NCBI RefSeq assembly: GCF_003334405.1
Contig: NZ_QOWM01000003.1
DNA length: 64,000 nt
Strand: one strand, 5' to 3'
From: Escherichia coli
GTDB lineage: Bacteria > Pseudomonadota > Gammaproteobacteria > Enterobacterales > Enterobacteriaceae
The notes under the pieces were generated by a model that saw only the letters and a program-made list of their open reading frames with translations, searched no databases and was not told the DNA's origin. Of this stretch, positions 27,926 to 41,461 are shown piece after piece. Both the position numbers and the translations under genes were made by a program. The stretch's first letter is position 1, and every line of letters begins with the position of its first letter.

Positions 27926-28858
27926 ATGTTACATAAAAAAACGCTTCTTTTCGCAGCATTATCCGCCGCTCTCTGGGGAGGTGCAACACAGGCCGCAGAT
28001 GCCGCCGTTGTCGCTTCGCTTAAACCCGTTGGGTTCATCGCTTCTGCCATTGCTGATGGGGTAACAGAAACAGAGGTTTTACTTCCTGACGGCGCTTCAG
28101 AACATGATTATTCACTGCGCCCATCGGATGTAAAACGCTTACAGAACGCGGACTTAGTCGTTTGGGTTGGCCCGGAGATGGAAGCGTTTATGCAAAAACC
28201 GGTAAGCAAATTACCAGGAGCGAAGCAGGTAACGATTGCGCAGCTTGAAGATGTGAAACCGCTACTGATGAAAAGTATTCACGGCGATGATGATGATCAC
28301 GACCACGCGGAAAAAAGTGACGAAGATCACCATCACGGCGATTTCAACATGCATCTTTGGCTTTCCCCAGAGATAGCGCGGGCTACAGCGGTTGCAATCC
28401 ATGGAAAATTAGTGGAACTTATGCCGCAAAGTCGAGCCAAACTTGACGCCAACCTGAAGGATTTTGAGGCACAATTAGCCTCAACCGAAACGCAGGTTGG
28501 TAACGAGCTCGCGCCGCTCAAGGGGAAAGGTTATTTCGTTTTTCACGATGCTTACGGCTATTTCGAAAAACAGTTTGGACTGACACCGCTTGGTCATTTT
28601 ACCGTTAACCCTGAGATTCAACCTGGCGCGCAGCGTTTACATGAAATAAGAACACAGTTGGTTGAGCAAAAAGCAACCTGCGTTTTTGCTGAGCCACAGT
28701 TCAGGCCAGCGGTCGTTGAGAGCGTCGCACGAGGGACATCCGTTCGTATGGGAACGTTGGATCCCCTGGGGACGAATATCAAACTGGGTAAAACAAGCTA
28801 TTCAGAATTCCTGAGTCAATTAGCCAACCAGTATGCGAGCTGCCTGAAAGGAGATTAA
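27926..28858 (+). CDS. znuA: Periplasmic zinc-binding protein ZnuA (310 aa)
   Basis: ORF 27800..28858; start placed at ATG 27926 ([23 protein letters not shown]); His/Asp-rich loop [19 protein letters not shown]. Confidence 0.93.
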
Positions 28859-28873
28859 TGAGGAAGTGATTAC

Positions 28874-30196
28874 GTGCAACAGATAGCCCGCTCTGTCGCC
28901 CTGGCGTTTAATAATTTACCGCGACCACACCGCGTTATGTTGGGGTCGCTCACCGTTCTTACTCTGGCCGTCGCTGTCTGGCGGCCTTATGTTTATCACC
29001 GTGATGCCACGCCAATTGTCAAAACCATTGAGCTGGAACAGAACGAAATTCGTTCGCTCTTACCTGAAGCCAGTGAGCCGATTGATCAAGCTGCACAAGA
29101 AGATGAAGCCATTCCCCAGGACGAACTGGATGACAAAATCGCCGGTGAAGCGGGCGTGCATGAATATGTTGTTTCCACTGGCGATACGCTAAGCAGCATT
29201 CTCAATCAGTATGGTATTGATATGGGTGATATCACCCAACTGGCTGCGGCCGACAAAGAATTGCGTAACCTGAAAATCGGTCAACAACTCTCCTGGACAT
29301 TAACCGCGGACGGCGAACTGCAGCGCCTCACCTGGGAAGTGTCTCGTCGTGAAACCCGAACCTATGACCGTACTGCCGCTAACGGTTTTAAAATGACCAG
29401 CGAAATGCAGCAAGGAGAGTGGGTTAACAATCTGCTGAAAGGTACCGTCGGGGGAAGCTTTGTTGCCAGCGCCAGAAACGCCGGTTTAACCAGCGCCGAA
29501 GTGAGCGCAGTGATTAAAGCCATGCAGTGGCAAATGGATTTCCGCAAACTGAAAAAAGGCGATGAATTTGCGGTGTTAATGTCTCGAGAAATGCTTGATG
29601 GTAAACGTGAGCAAAGCCAGCTGCTGGGCGTACGTTTGCGTTCAGAAGGTAAAGATTATTACGCTATCCGCGCTGAAGATGGCAAATTCTACGATCGTAA
29701 CGGTACTGGTCTGGCGAAAGGATTCTTGCGATTCCCGACGGCGAAACAGTTCCGTATCTCGTCTAACTTTAACCCGCGTCGTACTAATCCGGTGACCGGT
29801 CGCGTTGCACCACACAGAGGTGTTGATTTCGCCATGCCGCAGGGTACGCCAGTGCTTTCAGTGGGTGACGGTGAAGTGGTGGTTGCCAAACGCAGTGGCG
29901 CAGCAGGTTATTATGTGGCTATTCGTCATGGTCGCAGCTACACCACGCGTTATATGCACTTGCGCAAGATTCTGGTGAAACCGGGACAGAAGGTGAAACG
30001 TGGCGACCGTATCGCGCTTTCCGGTAATACCGGACGTTCAACCGGGCCGCATCTGCACTATGAAGTATGGATAAACCAGCAGGCCGTAAACCCGCTGACG
30101 GCAAAACTGCCGCGTACCGAAGGGCTGACCGGCTCCGATCGTCGCGAATTCCTGGCGCAGGCCAAAGAGATTGTGCCGCAGCTACGGTTTGATTAA
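28874..30196 (+). CDS. mepM: Murein DD-endopeptidase MepM (YebA), LysM + M23 peptidase (440 aa), GTG start
   Basis: 440-aa ORF; M23 peptidase motifs HRGVDFA and GPHLHYEV. Confidence 0.92.
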
Positions 30197-30211
30197 TTAA
30201 CATCCATTCGC

Positions 30212-30242
30212 AGCCGGTACGCAGTCAGTACCGGCTTTTTTT
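30212..30242 (+). terminator. Intrinsic terminator after mepM
   Basis: agccggtac-gcagtca-gtaccggc followed by ttttttt. Confidence 0.7.
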
Positions 30243-30315
30243 ATTTGGTGCGGGGCAAGTTGCGCCGCTACACTATCACCAGATTGATTTTTGCCTTATC
30301 CGAAACTGGAAAAGC

Positions 30316-31287
30316 ATGGAAACGAAAAAAAATAATAGCGAATACATTCCTGAGTTTGATAAATCCTTTCGCCACCCGCGCTACTGGGGAGCATGGCTGG
30401 GCGTAGCAGCGATGGCGGGTATCGCTTTAACGCCGCCAAAGTTCCGTGATCCCATTCTGGCACGGCTGGGACGTTTTGCCGGACGACTGGGAAAAAGCTC
30501 ACGCCGTCGTGCGTTAATCAATCTGTCGCTCTGCTTTCCAGAACGTAGTGAAGCTGAACGCGAAGCGATTGTTGATGAGATGTTTGCCACCGCGCCGCAA
30601 GCGATGGCAATGATGGCTGAGTTGGCAATACGCGGGCCGGAGAAAATTCAGCCGCGCGTTGACTGGCAAGGGCTGGAGATCATCGAAGAGATGCGGCGTA
30701 ATAACGAGAAAGTTATCTTTCTGGTGCCGCACGGTTGGGCCGTCGATATTCCTGCCATGCTGATGGCCTCGCAAGGGCAGAAAATGGCAGCGATGTTCCA
30801 TAATCAGGGCAACCCGGTTTTTGATTATGTCTGGAACACGGTGCGTCGTCGCTTTGGCGGTCGTCTGCATGCGAGAAATGACGGTATTAAACCATTCATC
30901 CAGTCGGTACGTCAGGGGTACTGGGGATATTATTTACCCGATCAGGATCATGGCCCAGAGCACAGCGAATTTGTGGATTTCTTTGCCACCTATAAAGCGA
31001 CGTTGCCCGCGATTGGTCGTTTGATGAAAGTGTGCCGTGCGCGCGTTGTACCGCTGTTTCCGATTTATGATGGCAAGACGCATCGTCTGACGATTCAGGT
31101 GCGCCCACCGATGGATGATCTGTTAGAGGCGGATGATCATACGATTGCGCGGCGGATGAATGAAGAAGTCGAGATTTTTGTTGGTCCGCGACCAGAACAA
31201 TACACCTGGATACTAAAATTGCTGAAAACTCGCAAACCGGGCGAAATCCAGCCGTATAAGCGCAAAGATCTTTATCCCATCAAATAA
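30316..31287 (+). CDS. lpxM: Lipid A biosynthesis myristoyltransferase LpxM (MsbB) (323 aa)
   Basis: 323-aa [33 protein letters not shown]. Confidence 0.95.
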
Positions 31288-31376
31288 AAAAGCCTCTCGC
31301 GAGGAGAGGCCTTCGCCTGATGATAAGTTCAAGTTTGCTTCAGAATATTCGAAATCTGTTGAACTATCATTGAACT

Positions 31377-31413
31377 GTAGGCCGGATGTGGCGTTTTCGC
31401 CGCATCCGGCAAC
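31377..31413. repeat. REP element between lpxM and pykA
   Basis: gtaggccggatgtggcgttttcgccgcatccggcaac. Confidence 0.65.
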
Positions 31414-31417
31414 GTAC

Positions 31418-32860
31418 TTACTCTACCGTTAAAATACGCGTGGTATTAGTAGAACCCACGGTACTCATCACGTCGCCCTGGGTGACAATCACCAGGTCAC
31501 CAGACATCAAGTAACCTTTATCGCGCAGCAGATTAACCGCTTCGCTGGCAGCTGCTACGCCGTCATTAGCGCTATCAAAGTGCACCGGCGTAACGCCACG
31601 ATAGAGAGCAGTCAGGTTCAGCGTACGTTCATGGCGCGACATGGCGAAAATTGGCAGACCAGAGCTGATACGGGAGGTCATCAGCGCGGTACGACCCGAT
31701 TCGGTCATGGTGATGATCGCCGTAACGCCTTTCAGGTGGTTAGCTGCGTACATTGCTGACATGGCAATAGCTTCTTCCACATTGTCGAACTGAACGTCCA
31801 GACGGTGTTTAGAAACGTTGATGCTCGGGATTTTTTCCGCACCCAGGCAAACGCGCGCCATGGCTGCAACGGTTTCTGACGGATACTGCCCAGCGGCAGT
31901 TTCTGCAGACAGCATCACAGCGTCAGTACCATCCAGAACGGCGTTTGCTACGTCCATGACTTCTGCACGCGTCGGCATCGGGTTAGTAATCATTGACTCC
32001 ATCATCTGGGTCGCCGTGATTACCGCTCGGTTTAGCTGACGCGCACGACGGATCAACGCTTTCTGAATGCCGACCAGTTCCGGGTCGCCAATTTCCACAC
32101 CGAGGTCGCCACGTGCAACCATTACCACGTCAGAGGCGAGGATGATGTCATCCATTGCATCCTGGCTGCAAACGGCTTCCGCACGTTCAACCTTGGCAAC
32201 AATTTTCGCATCACATCCTGCATCGCGTGCCAGGCGACGGGCATAGTTCAGATCTTCGCCACAGCGTGGGAAGGAGACAGCCAGGTAATCTACGCCAATC
32301 AACGCCGCAGTCTTAATGTCTGCTTTGTCTTTTTCGGTCAGCGCTTCAGCCGACAAACCGCCGCCAAGTTTGTTGATACCTTTATTGTTGGAGAGGGGAC
32401 CACCGACGGTGACTTCGGTGAACACTTTCATGCCCTGAACTTCCAGTACTTTTAACTGGACGCGACCATCGTCCAGCAGCAGGATGTCACCAGGCACGAC
32501 GTCAGCAGGCAGGCCTTTGTAGTCGATACCGACTTTTTCTTTGTCGCCTTCACCTTTACCCAGGTTGGCGTCGAGCAGGAATTTATCCCCAATATTGAGG
32601 AAAACTTTGCCTTCTTTAAAGGTGGATACACGGATTTTGGGCCCCTGGAGGTCACCCAGAATAGCCACATGACGCCCCAGTTTTGCGGCAATCTCACGAA
32701 CTTTATCCGCGCGCATTTTGTGATCTTCAGGCGAGCCGTGAGAAAAGTTCATACGTACAACGTTGGCACCCGCCGCGATAACTTTTTCAAGATTATTATC
32801 GCGATCTGTTGCTGGGCCTAACGTGGTAACGATTTTTGTTCTGCGAAGCCTTCTGGACAT
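31418..32860 (-). CDS. pykA: Pyruvate kinase II PykA (480 aa)
   Basis: ORF 31418..33001; start placed at ATG 32860 ([27 protein letters not shown]) giving 480 aa. Confidence 0.95.
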
Positions 32861-32987
32861 GTAATACTCCGTTGACTGAAACAACCAGGTGTTGCTTGAA
32901 CATGAAATCCGAATGAAATAACGCCGCGATGGCGATAAATTAATCTCATTCGGATGTCGTATAAGATTAGGACAGTGACAGTCGTTT

Positions 32988-33857
32988 TTAGCGATCGTCA
33001 CTTAAATTAAGTAACTGCTTATCAAAACGCGATTCCTTCAGCGCTTCTTTGACCCGCTTCAAGTTATCTCTGAATTTTGCACCGCGTCGCAAAGTAAATC
33101 CTGTCGCCAGCACATCTATCACGGTCAGCTGTGCAAGTCGAGAAACCATGGGCATATAAATGTCAGTATCTTCCGGTACGTCGAGGGTAATTGCCAGCGT
33201 TGCTTCCCGGGCGAGCGGGGTACCCGCAGAGGTGAGGGCAATCACCATGGCGTCGTTTTCGCGTGCCAGCTGCGCCAGCTCGACCAGATTTTTTGTTCTT
33301 CCAGTGTGAGAAATCAGCACCACCACGTCTCCGTCGCTACAATTCATACAACTCATGCGTTGCAGCACGATATCATCGGAGTACACCACCGGAACATTAA
33401 AACGAAAGAACTTATTCATCGCATCGTGGGCAACGGCGGCTGAAGAGCCTAATCCGAAAAAGGCGATTTTTTTTGCCTGAGTGAGCAAGTCGACGGCGCG
33501 GTTGATGGCAGATTTATCCAGTGAATGACGGACATGATCAAGCGTTGCCATTGCGGACTCAAATATTTTCCCTGTGTATGATTCAACGCTGTCATCTTCA
33601 TTGACATTGCGATTAACATAGGGAGTGCCATTCGCCAGACTCTGTGCCAGATGAAGTTTAAAATCAGGAAAACCGCGCGTGTCCATGCTGCGACAGAAAC
33701 GATTCACCGTCGGTTCGCTAACATTGGCTTCCAGTGCCATAGCAGCAATACTCGAATGGATCGCGTTATCGGGCGAAGCCAGAATGACCTCGGCAACTTT
33801 GCGCTCTGATTTGCTCAAATGTTCCAGCTGAGACTGGATTTTTTCCAGCATATTCAT
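32988..33857 (-). CDS. hexR: RpiR-family transcriptional regulator HexR (289 aa)
   Basis: 289-aa [35 protein letters not shown]; HTH plus SIS domain. Confidence 0.93.
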
Positions 33858-34194
33858 GATGTAAAGAGACTCACGGGTAATGACGATTTCCGCACTGAAA
33901 GAAATCGAAATGCAGTTTTGTCAGATATTACGCCTGTGTGCCGTGTTAATGACAAAAGCAGATAAAAAAGTTGTTATTTTTTTTCATAACATGATCAGTG
34001 TCAGATTTTTACCCAATGGAAAACGATGATTTTTTTATCAGTTTTGCCGCACTTTGCGCGCTTTTCCCGTAATCGCACGGGTGGATAAGCGTTTACAGTT
34101 TTCGCAAGCTCGTAAAAGCAGTACAGTGCACCGTAAGAAAATTACAAGTATACCCTGGCTTAAGTACCGGGTTAGTTAACTTAAGGAGAATGAC

Positions 34195-35670
34195 ATGGCG
34201 GTAACGCAAACAGCCCAGGCCTGTGACCTGGTCATTTTCGGCGCGAAAGGCGACCTTGCGCGTCGTAAATTGCTGCCTTCCCTGTATCAACTGGAAAAAG
34301 CCGGTCAGCTCAACCCGGACACCCGGATTATCGGCGTAGGGCGTGCTGACTGGGATAAAGCGGCATATACCAAAGTTGTCCGCGAGGCGCTCGAAACTTT
34401 CATGAAAGAAACCATTGATGAAGGTTTATGGGACACCCTGAGTGCACGTCTGGATTTTTGTAATCTCGATGTCAATGACACTGCTGCATTCAGCCGTCTC
34501 GGCGCGATGCTGGATCAAAAAAATCGTATCACCATTAACTACTTTGCCATGCCGCCCAGCACTTTTGGCGCAATTTGCAAAGGGCTTGGCGAGGCAAAAC
34601 TGAATGCTAAACCGGCACGCGTAGTCATGGAGAAACCGCTGGGGACGTCGCTGGCGACCTCGCAGGAAATCAATGATCAGGTTGGCGAATACTTCGAGGA
34701 GTGCCAGGTTTACCGTATCGACCACTATCTTGGTAAAGAAACGGTGCTGAACCTGTTGGCGCTGCGTTTTGCTAACTCCCTGTTTGTGAATAACTGGGAC
34801 AATCGCACCATTGATCATGTTGAGATTACCGTGGCAGAAGAAGTGGGGATCGAAGGGCGCTGGGGCTATTTTGATAAAGCCGGTCAGATGCGCGACATGA
34901 TCCAGAACCACCTGCTGCAAATTCTTTGCATGATTGCGATGTCTCCGCCGTCTGACCTGAGCGCAGACAGCATCCGCGATGAAAAAGTGAAAGTACTGAA
35001 GTCTCTGCGCCGCATCGACCGCTCCAACGTACGCGAAAAAACCGTACGCGGGCAATATACTGCGGGCTTCGCCCAGGGCAAAAAAGTGCCGGGATATCTG
35101 GAAGAAGAGGGCGCGAACAAGAGCAGCAATACAGAAACTTTCGTGGCGATCCGCGTCGACATTGATAACTGGCGCTGGGCCGGTGTGCCATTCTACCTGC
35201 GTACTGGTAAACGTCTGCCGACCAAATGTTCTGAAGTCGTGGTCTATTTCAAAACACCTGAACTGAATCTGTTTAAAGAATCGTGGCAGGATCTGCCGCA
35301 GAATAAACTGACTATCCGTCTGCAACCTGATGAAGGCGTGGATATCCAGGTACTGAATAAAGTTCCTGGCCTTGACCACAAACATAACCTGCAAATCACC
35401 AAGCTGGATCTGAGCTATTCAGAAACCTTTAATCAGACGCATCTGGCGGATGCCTATGAACGTTTGCTGCTGGAAACCATGCGTGGTATTCAGGCACTGT
35501 TTGTACGTCGCGACGAAGTGGAAGAAGCCTGGAAATGGGTAGACTCCATTACTGAGGCGTGGGCGATGGACAATGATGCGCCGAAACCGTATCAGGCCGG
35601 AACCTGGGGACCCGTTGCCTCGGTGGCGATGATTACCCGTGATGGTCGTTCCTGGAATGAGTTTGAGTAA
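34195..35670 (+). CDS. zwf: Glucose-6-phosphate 1-dehydrogenase Zwf (491 aa)
   Basis: 491-aa [37 protein letters not shown]; G6PD active-site motif RIDHYLGKE. Confidence 0.97.
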   Translation: MAVTQTAQACDLVIFGAKGDLARRKLLPSLYQLEKAGQLNPDTRIIGVGRADWDKAAYTKVVREALETFMKETIDEGLWDTLSARLDFCNLDVNDTAAFSRLGAMLDQKNRITINYFAMPPSTFGAICKGLGEAKLNAKPARVVMEKPLGTSLATSQEINDQVGEYFEECQVYRIDHYLGKETVLNLLALRFANSLFVNNWDNRTIDHVEITVAEEVGIEGRWGYFDKAGQMRDMIQNHLLQILCMIAMSPPSDLSADSIRDEKVKVLKSLRRIDRSNVREKTVRGQYTAGFAQGKKVPGYLEEEGANKSSNTETFVAIRVDIDNWRWAGVPFYLRTGKRLPTKCSEVVVYFKTPELNLFKESWQDLPQNKLTIRLQPDEGVDIQVLNKVPGLDHKHNLQITKLDLSYSETFNQTHLADAYERLLLETMRGIQALFVRRDEVEEAWKWVDSITEAWAMDNDAPKPYQAGTWGPVASVAMITRDGRSWNEFE

Positions 35671-35697
35671 TATCTGCGCTTATCCTTTATGGTTATT

Positions 35698-35707
35698 TTA
35701 CCGGTAA
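35698..35707. promoter_or_regulatory. GntR-like operator half-palindrome (TTACCGGTAA) upstream of edd
   Basis: attttaccggtaacatga in the zwf-edd intergenic region; edd-eda is a known GntR target. Confidence 0.45.
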
Positions 35708-35749
35708 CATGATCTTGCGCAGATTGTAGAACAATTTTTACACTTTCAG

Positions 35750-35782
35750 GCCTCGTGCGGATTCACCCACGAGGCTTTTTTT
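35750..35782 (+). terminator. Intrinsic terminator after zwf
   Basis: gcctcgtg-cggattcaccca-cgaggc followed by ttttttt. Confidence 0.7.
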
Positions 35783-35904
35783 ATTACACTGACTGAAACG
35801 TTTTTGCCCTATGAGCTCCGGTTACAGGCGTTTCAGTCATAAATCCTCTGAATGAAACGCGTTGTGAATCATCCTGCTCTGACAACTCAATTTCAGGAGC
35901 CTTT

Positions 35905-37716
35905 ATGAATCCACAATTGTTACGCGTAACAAATCGAATCATTGAACGTTCGCGCGAGACTCGCTCTGCTTATCTCGCCCGGATAGAACAAGCGAAAACT
36001 TCGACCGTTCATCGTTCGCAGTTGGCATGCGGTAACCTGGCACACGGTTTCGCTGCCTGCCAGCCAGAAGACAAAGCCTCTTTGAAAAGCATGTTGCGTA
36101 ACAATATCGCCATCATCACCTCCTATAACGACATGCTCTCCGCGCACCAGCCTTATGAACACTATCCAGAAATCATTCGTAAAGCCCTGCATGAAGCGAA
36201 TGCGGTTGGTCAGGTTGCGGGCGGTGTTCCGGCGATGTGTGATGGTGTCACCCAGGGGCAGGATGGAATGGAATTGTCGCTGCTAAGCCGCGAAGTGATA
36301 GCGATGTCTGCGGCGGTGGGGCTGTCCCATAACATGTTTGATGGTGCTCTGTTCCTCGGTGTGTGCGACAAGATTGTCCCGGGTCTGACGATGGCAGCCC
36401 TGTCGTTTGGTCATTTGCCTGCGGTGTTTGTGCCGTCTGGACCGATGGCAAGCGGTTTGCCAAATAAAGAAAAAGTGCGTATTCGCCAGCTTTATGCCGA
36501 AGGTAAAGTGGACCGCATGGCCTTACTGGAGTCAGAAGCCGCGTCTTACCATGCGCCGGGAACATGTACTTTCTACGGTACTGCCAACACCAACCAGATG
36601 GTGGTGGAGTTTATGGGGATGCAGTTGCCAGGCTCTTCTTTTGTTCATCCGGATTCTCCGCTGCGCGATGCTTTGACCGCCGCAGCTGCGCGTCAGGTTA
36701 CACGCATGACCGGTAATGGTAATGAATGGATGCCGATCGGTAAGATGATCGATGAGAAAGTGGTGGTGAACGGTATCGTTGCACTGCTGGCGACCGGTGG
36801 TTCCACTAACCACACCATGCACCTGGTGGCGATGGCGCGCGCGGCCGGTATTCAGATTAACTGGGATGACTTCTCTGACCTTTCTGATGTTGTACCGCTG
36901 ATGGCACGTCTCTACCCGAACGGTCCGGCCGATATTAACCACTTCCAGGCGGCAGGTGGCGTACCGGTTCTGGTGCGTGAACTGCTCAAAGCAGGCCTGC
37001 TGCATGAAGATGTCAATACGGTGGCAGGTTTTGGTCTGTCTCGTTATACCCTTGAACCATGGCTGAATAATGGTGAACTGGACTGGCGGGAAGGGGCGGA
37101 AAAATCACTCGACAGCAATGTGATCGCTTCCTTCGAACAACCTTTCTCTCATCATGGTGGGACAAAAGTGTTAAGCGGTAACCTGGGCCGTGCGGTTATG
37201 AAAACCTCTGCCGTGCCGGTTGAGAACCAGGTGATTGAAGCGCCAGCGGTTGTTTTTGAAAGCCAGCATGACGTTATGCCGGCCTTTGAAGCGGGTTTGC
37301 TGGACCGCGATTGTGTCGTTGTTGTCCGTCATCAGGGGCCAAAAGCGAACGGAATGCCAGAATTACATAAACTCATGCCGCCACTTGGTGTATTATTGGA
37401 CCGGTGTTTCAAAATTGCGTTAGTTACCGATGGACGACTCTCCGGCGCTTCAGGTAAAGTGCCGTCAGCTATCCACGTAACACCAGAAGCCTACGATGGC
37501 GGGCTGCTGGCAAAAGTGCGCGACGGGGACATCATTCGTGTGAATGGACAGACAGGCGAACTGACGCTGCTGGTAGACGAAGCGGAACTGGCTGCTCGCG
37601 AACCGCACATTCCTGACCTGAGCGCGTCACGCGTGGGAACAGGACGTGAATTATTCAGCGCCTTGCGTGAAAAACTGTCCGGTGCCGAACAGGGCGCAAC
37701 CTGTATCACTTTTTAA
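35905..37716 (+). CDS. edd: Phosphogluconate dehydratase Edd (603 aa)
   Basis: 603-aa [34 protein letters not shown]; IlvD/Edd family. Confidence 0.97.
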   Translation: MNPQLLRVTNRIIERSRETRSAYLARIEQAKTSTVHRSQLACGNLAHGFAACQPEDKASLKSMLRNNIAIITSYNDMLSAHQPYEHYPEIIRKALHEANAVGQVAGGVPAMCDGVTQGQDGMELSLLSREVIAMSAAVGLSHNMFDGALFLGVCDKIVPGLTMAALSFGHLPAVFVPSGPMASGLPNKEKVRIRQLYAEGKVDRMALLESEAASYHAPGTCTFYGTANTNQMVVEFMGMQLPGSSFVHPDSPLRDALTAAAARQVTRMTGNGNEWMPIGKMIDEKVVVNGIVALLATGGSTNHTMHLVAMARAAGIQINWDDFSDLSDVVPLMARLYPNGPADINHFQAAGGVPVLVRELLKAGLLHEDVNTVAGFGLSRYTLEPWLNNGELDWREGAEKSLDSNVIASFEQPFSHHGGTKVLSGNLGRAVMKTSAVPVENQVIEAPAVVFESQHDVMPAFEAGLLDRDCVVVVRHQGPKANGMPELHKLMPPLGVLLDRCFKIALVTDGRLSGASGKVPSAIHVTPEAYDGGLLAKVRDGDIIRVNGQTGELTLLVDEAELAAREPHIPDLSASRVGTGRELFSALREKLSGAEQGATCITF

Positions 37717-37752
37717 GACGACAAATTTGTAATCAGGCGAGAGAAAACTCTG

Positions 37753-38394
37753 ATGAAAAACTGGAAAACAAGTGCAGAATCAATCCTGACCACCGGCCCG
37801 GTTGTACCGGTTATCGTGGTAAAAAAACTGGAACACGCGGTGCCGATGGCAAAAGCGTTGGTTGCTGGTGGGGTGCGCGTTCTGGAAGTGACTCTGCGTA
37901 CCGAGTGTGCAGTTGACGCTATCCGTGCTATCGCCAAAGAAGTGCCTGAAGCGATTGTGGGTGCCGGTACGGTGCTGAATCCACAGCAGCTGGCAGAAGT
38001 CACTGAAGCGGGTGCACAGTTCGCAATTAGCCCGGGTCTGACCGAGCCGCTGCTGAAAGCTGCTACCGAAGGGACTATTCCTCTGATTCCGGGGATCAGC
38101 ACTGTTTCCGAACTGATGCTGGGTATGGACTACGGTTTGAAAGAGTTCAAATTCTTCCCGGCTGAAGCTAACGGCGGCGTGAAAGCCCTGCAGGCGATCG
38201 CGGGTCCGTTCTCCCAGGTCCGTTTCTGCCCGACGGGTGGTATTTCTCCGGCTAACTACCGTGACTACCTGGCGCTGAAAAGCGTGCTGTGCATCGGTGG
38301 TTCCTGGCTGGTTCCGGCAGATGCGCTGGAAGCGGGCGATTACGACCGCATTACTAAGCTGGCGCGTGAAGCTGTAGAAGGCGCTAAGCTGTAA
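37753..38394 (+). CDS. eda: KDPG / KHG aldolase Eda (213 aa)
   Basis: 213-aa [43 protein letters not shown]. Confidence 0.97.
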
Positions 38395-38398
38395 AAGT

Positions 38399-38429
38399 CA
38401 AAATGCCCGATCGAGGATCGGGCATTTTT
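38399..38429. terminator. Bidirectional intrinsic terminator between convergent eda and purT
   Basis: aaaatgcccgatcgaggatcgggcattttt: hairpin flanked by an A-run and a T-run. Confidence 0.75.
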
Positions 38430-38449
38430 GTAGCGTTTTTTTGCCGGGT

Positions 38450-39628
38450 TTAACCCTGTACTTTTACCTGTCCGGCGGCGTGCTTCGCGCGTTCAATGGC
38501 GTCAACAACACTCTCTGCAGTAGCCAGTGCCACCCCCAGACGACGGCTGCCATCAATTTCCGGCTTACCAAATAAACGAATCTGCAAATCTGCGCCTACG
38601 GCATTCTGCACATTATCAAACGTGACATTCTGACTGGTCAGTTGTGGCAGAATAACGGCAGAAGCTGCAGGACCATACTGACGGATCCCGCCAACCGGAA
38701 GTCCGAGGAAGGCACGTACATGCAGGGCAAACTCTGAGAGATCTTGAGAAATTAACGTCACCATCCCGGTATCATGTGGACGAGGGGAGACCTCACTGAA
38801 AATCACCTCATCACCACAGACAAATAGCTCGACACCAAACAACCCATAACCGCCCAGTGCCAGCACCACTTTACGGGCAATCTCCTGCGCACGTTCAAGG
38901 GCAAGCGGGCTCATTTGCTGTGGTTGCCAGGATTCACGGTAGTCGCCATCTTCCTGGCGATGACCTACTGGTGCACAGAAATGGACGCCATCCACCGCGC
39001 TGACGGTTAGCAGGGTAATTTCGAAGTCAAACTTAACGACGCCTTCAACAATTACGCGGCCCGCTCCGGCGCGACCGCCTTGCTGAGCGTACTTCCATGC
39101 CTGAGCAAGTTGCTCTGCAGAACGAATAAACGTCTGCCCCTTGCCGGAAGAGCTCATCACCGGTTTTACAATGCAGGGATAGCCAATGTCAGCAACCGCC
39201 TCGCGGAAAAGGCTTTCGCTATCGGCAAAACGATAAGTGGAAGTGGGCAGCTGCAGCTCTTCTGCCGCCAGGCGACGGATACCCTCGCGATTCATCGTTA
39301 ATTTCGTTGCGCGAGCGCAGGGGACAACATTCAGTCCTTCCTCTTCAAGTTGGATCAGCATATCGGTGGCAATAGCTTCGATCTCCGGCACGATATAATG
39401 TGGTTTTTCCAGTTCAACCACACGGCGTAATGCATCACCATCAAGCATATTAATGACATGGGAGCGATGCGCGACATGCATGGCTGGTGCGTCGGCATAG
39501 CGATCGACGGCAATCACCTCTACGCCGAGACGCTGACACTCGATTGCCACTTCTTTACCCAGTTCACCGGAGCCTAATAACATCACGCGAGTTGCTGCCG
39601 GACGCAGCGCAGTGCCTAATAACGTCAT
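38450..39628 (-). CDS. purT: Formate-dependent phosphoribosylglycinamide formyltransferase PurT (392 aa)
   Basis: 392-aa [45 protein letters not shown]; ATP-grasp. Confidence 0.95.
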   Translation of the reverse strand: MTLLGTALRPAATRVMLLGSGELGKEVAIECQRLGVEVIAVDRYADAPAMHVAHRSHVINMLDGDALRRVVELEKPHYIVPEIEAIATDMLIQLEEEGLNVVPCARATKLTMNREGIRRLAAEELQLPTSTYRFADSESLFREAVADIGYPCIVKPVMSSSGKGQTFIRSAEQLAQAWKYAQQGGRAGAGRVIVEGVVKFDFEITLLTVSAVDGVHFCAPVGHRQEDGDYRESWQPQQMSPLALERAQEIARKVVLALGGYGLFGVELFVCGDEVIFSEVSPRPHDTGMVTLISQDLSEFALHVRAFLGLPVGGIRQYGPAASAVILPQLTSQNVTFDNVQNAVGADLQIRLFGKPEIDGSRRLGVALATAESVVDAIERAKHAAGQVKVQG

Positions 39629-39665
39629 AACGAATATCCCCTGATTAATTCCGCGCGCAGTATAA

Positions 39666-39681
39666 ACGAAAACGTTTGCGT
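39666..39681. promoter_or_regulatory. PurR box upstream of purT
   Basis: acgaaaacgtttgcgt, a 16-bp palindrome resembling the PurR operator ACGCAAACGTTTGCGT, about 40 nt upstream of the purT start. Confidence 0.55.
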
Positions 39682-39724
39682 GTGTCTTTATTGCTGATGT
39701 TGATTTCTCAACCGAAAAGAAATA

Positions 39725-39744
39725 TACTGTATAAAATCACAGTT
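39725..39744. promoter_or_regulatory. LexA (SOS) box upstream of yebG
   Basis: taCTGtataaaatcaCAGtt: CTG-N10-CAG about 20 nt upstream of the yebG start. Confidence 0.7.
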
Positions 39745-39761
39745 ATTATGAGAGGCTGCAA

Positions 39762-40052
39762 ATGGCGGTTGAAGTTAAATACGTAGTCATTCGTGAGGGC
39801 GAAGAGAAAATGTCGTTTACCAGCAAAAAGGAAGCCGATGCTTATGACAAAATGCTTGATACGGCGGATCTGCTTGACACCTGGCTGACAAATTCTCCAG
39901 TGCAAATGGAAGACGAGCAACGTGAAGCCCTTTCGCTATGGCTGGCAGAACAAAAAGATGTGCTGAGCACCATTCTGAAAACCGGCAAATTACCGTCCCC
40001 ACAGGTCGTCGGTGCTGAATCCGAAGAGGAAGATGCCTCACACGCGGCCTGA
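39762..40052 (+). CDS. yebG: DNA damage-inducible protein YebG (96 aa)
   Basis: 96-aa ORF MAVEVKYVVIREGEEKMSFTSKKEADAYDKMLD. Confidence 0.9.
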   Translation: MAVEVKYVVIREGEEKMSFTSKKEADAYDKMLDTADLLDTWLTNSPVQMEDEQREALSLWLAEQKDVLSTILKTGKLPSPQVVGAESEEEDASHAA

Positions 40053-40070
40053 AGCAACTTGCGCTCCTGA

Positions 40071-40475
<405 letters not shown>

Positions 40476-40502
40476 TGGCTTCTGATAATTCGATTGACTG
40501 TT

Positions 40503-40588
40503 GGCGGATGCGGCGCGAGTGCCTTGTCCGCCCCAGAACGCACCACAATCGTAGGCCTGAGAAGACGCAACAGCGTCGCATCGGGCAA
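40503..40588. repeat. REP-like palindromic repeats between yebF and yebE
   Basis: ggcggatgcggcgcgagtgccttgtccgcc and gtaggcctgagaagacgcaacagcgtcgcatcgggc. Confidence 0.5.
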
Positions 40589-40801
40589 TCAGCATCAAAC
40601 AATGCCACTCAAAACGACAAACTACTTTCACCTAAAATACCCTTATCACCTGATATACAGTAAATACCTTACCTGGCGCGAATTTCTTTGAATAACGGCC
40701 TACCGCCCCGCTTATTTGCGCATCTTTTGTCTCGATATACATTTTCTGACATCCTCATCCGCTATGCTACAGGCACTAAAAATGGTTATTGAGGAGCAAA
40801 T

Positions 40802-41461
40802 ATGGCTAACTGGTTAAATCAACTGCAATCCCTGCTTGGGCAAAGCAGTTCTTCTACCTCCTCGTCTGCGGATCAGGGATTGGTCAAACTGTTAGTGCCA
40901 GGCGCATTAGGCGGACTGGCTGGGCTGCTGGTCGCAAATAAATCAGCACGTAAACTTCTTACGAAATATGGCACCAACGCGTTACTGGTTGGCGGCGGAG
41001 CGGTAGCGGGTACGGTGCTGTGGAATAAATACAAAGATAAAATTCGCGCGGCGCATCAGGACGAACCGCAGTTTGGCGCGCAAAGTACGCCGCTGGATGA
41101 GCGTACAGCACGTTTGATCCTTGCGCTGGTCTTTGCCGCTAAAAGTGATGGTCATATTGATGCCAAAGAACGTGCGGCAATCGACCAGCAATTGCGTGGA
41201 GCCGGCGTGGAAGAGCAGGGGCGTGTACTCATTGAGCAGGCAATCGAACAACCGCTGGATCCACAACGCCTGGCTACCGGGGTCCGCAATGAAGAAGAGG
41301 CGCTGGAAATCTATTTCCTGAGTTGCGCGGCTATTGATATTGACCATTTTATGGAACGCAGTTACCTGAATGCACTGGGTGACGCGCTGAAAATCCCCCA
41401 GGATGTTCGTGACGGCATTGAACGCGATCTCGAACAGCAAAAACGCACTTTGGCGGAATAA
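40802..41461 (+). CDS. yebE: DUF533-family inner membrane protein YebE (219 aa)
   Basis: 219-aa [41 protein letters not shown]. Confidence 0.88.

Noticed and set aside
34426-35394. 322-aa ORF antisense to zwf (and the nested 121-aa and 92-aa ORFs)
   Set aside because: Shadow ORFs inside the confidently identified zwf; no independent signals.
40640-40800. Possible CpxR box (GTAAA-N5-GTAAA) upstream of yebE
   Set aside because: Only one GTAAA half-site (cagtaaatacc) with an imperfect partner; too weak to call from sequence alone.
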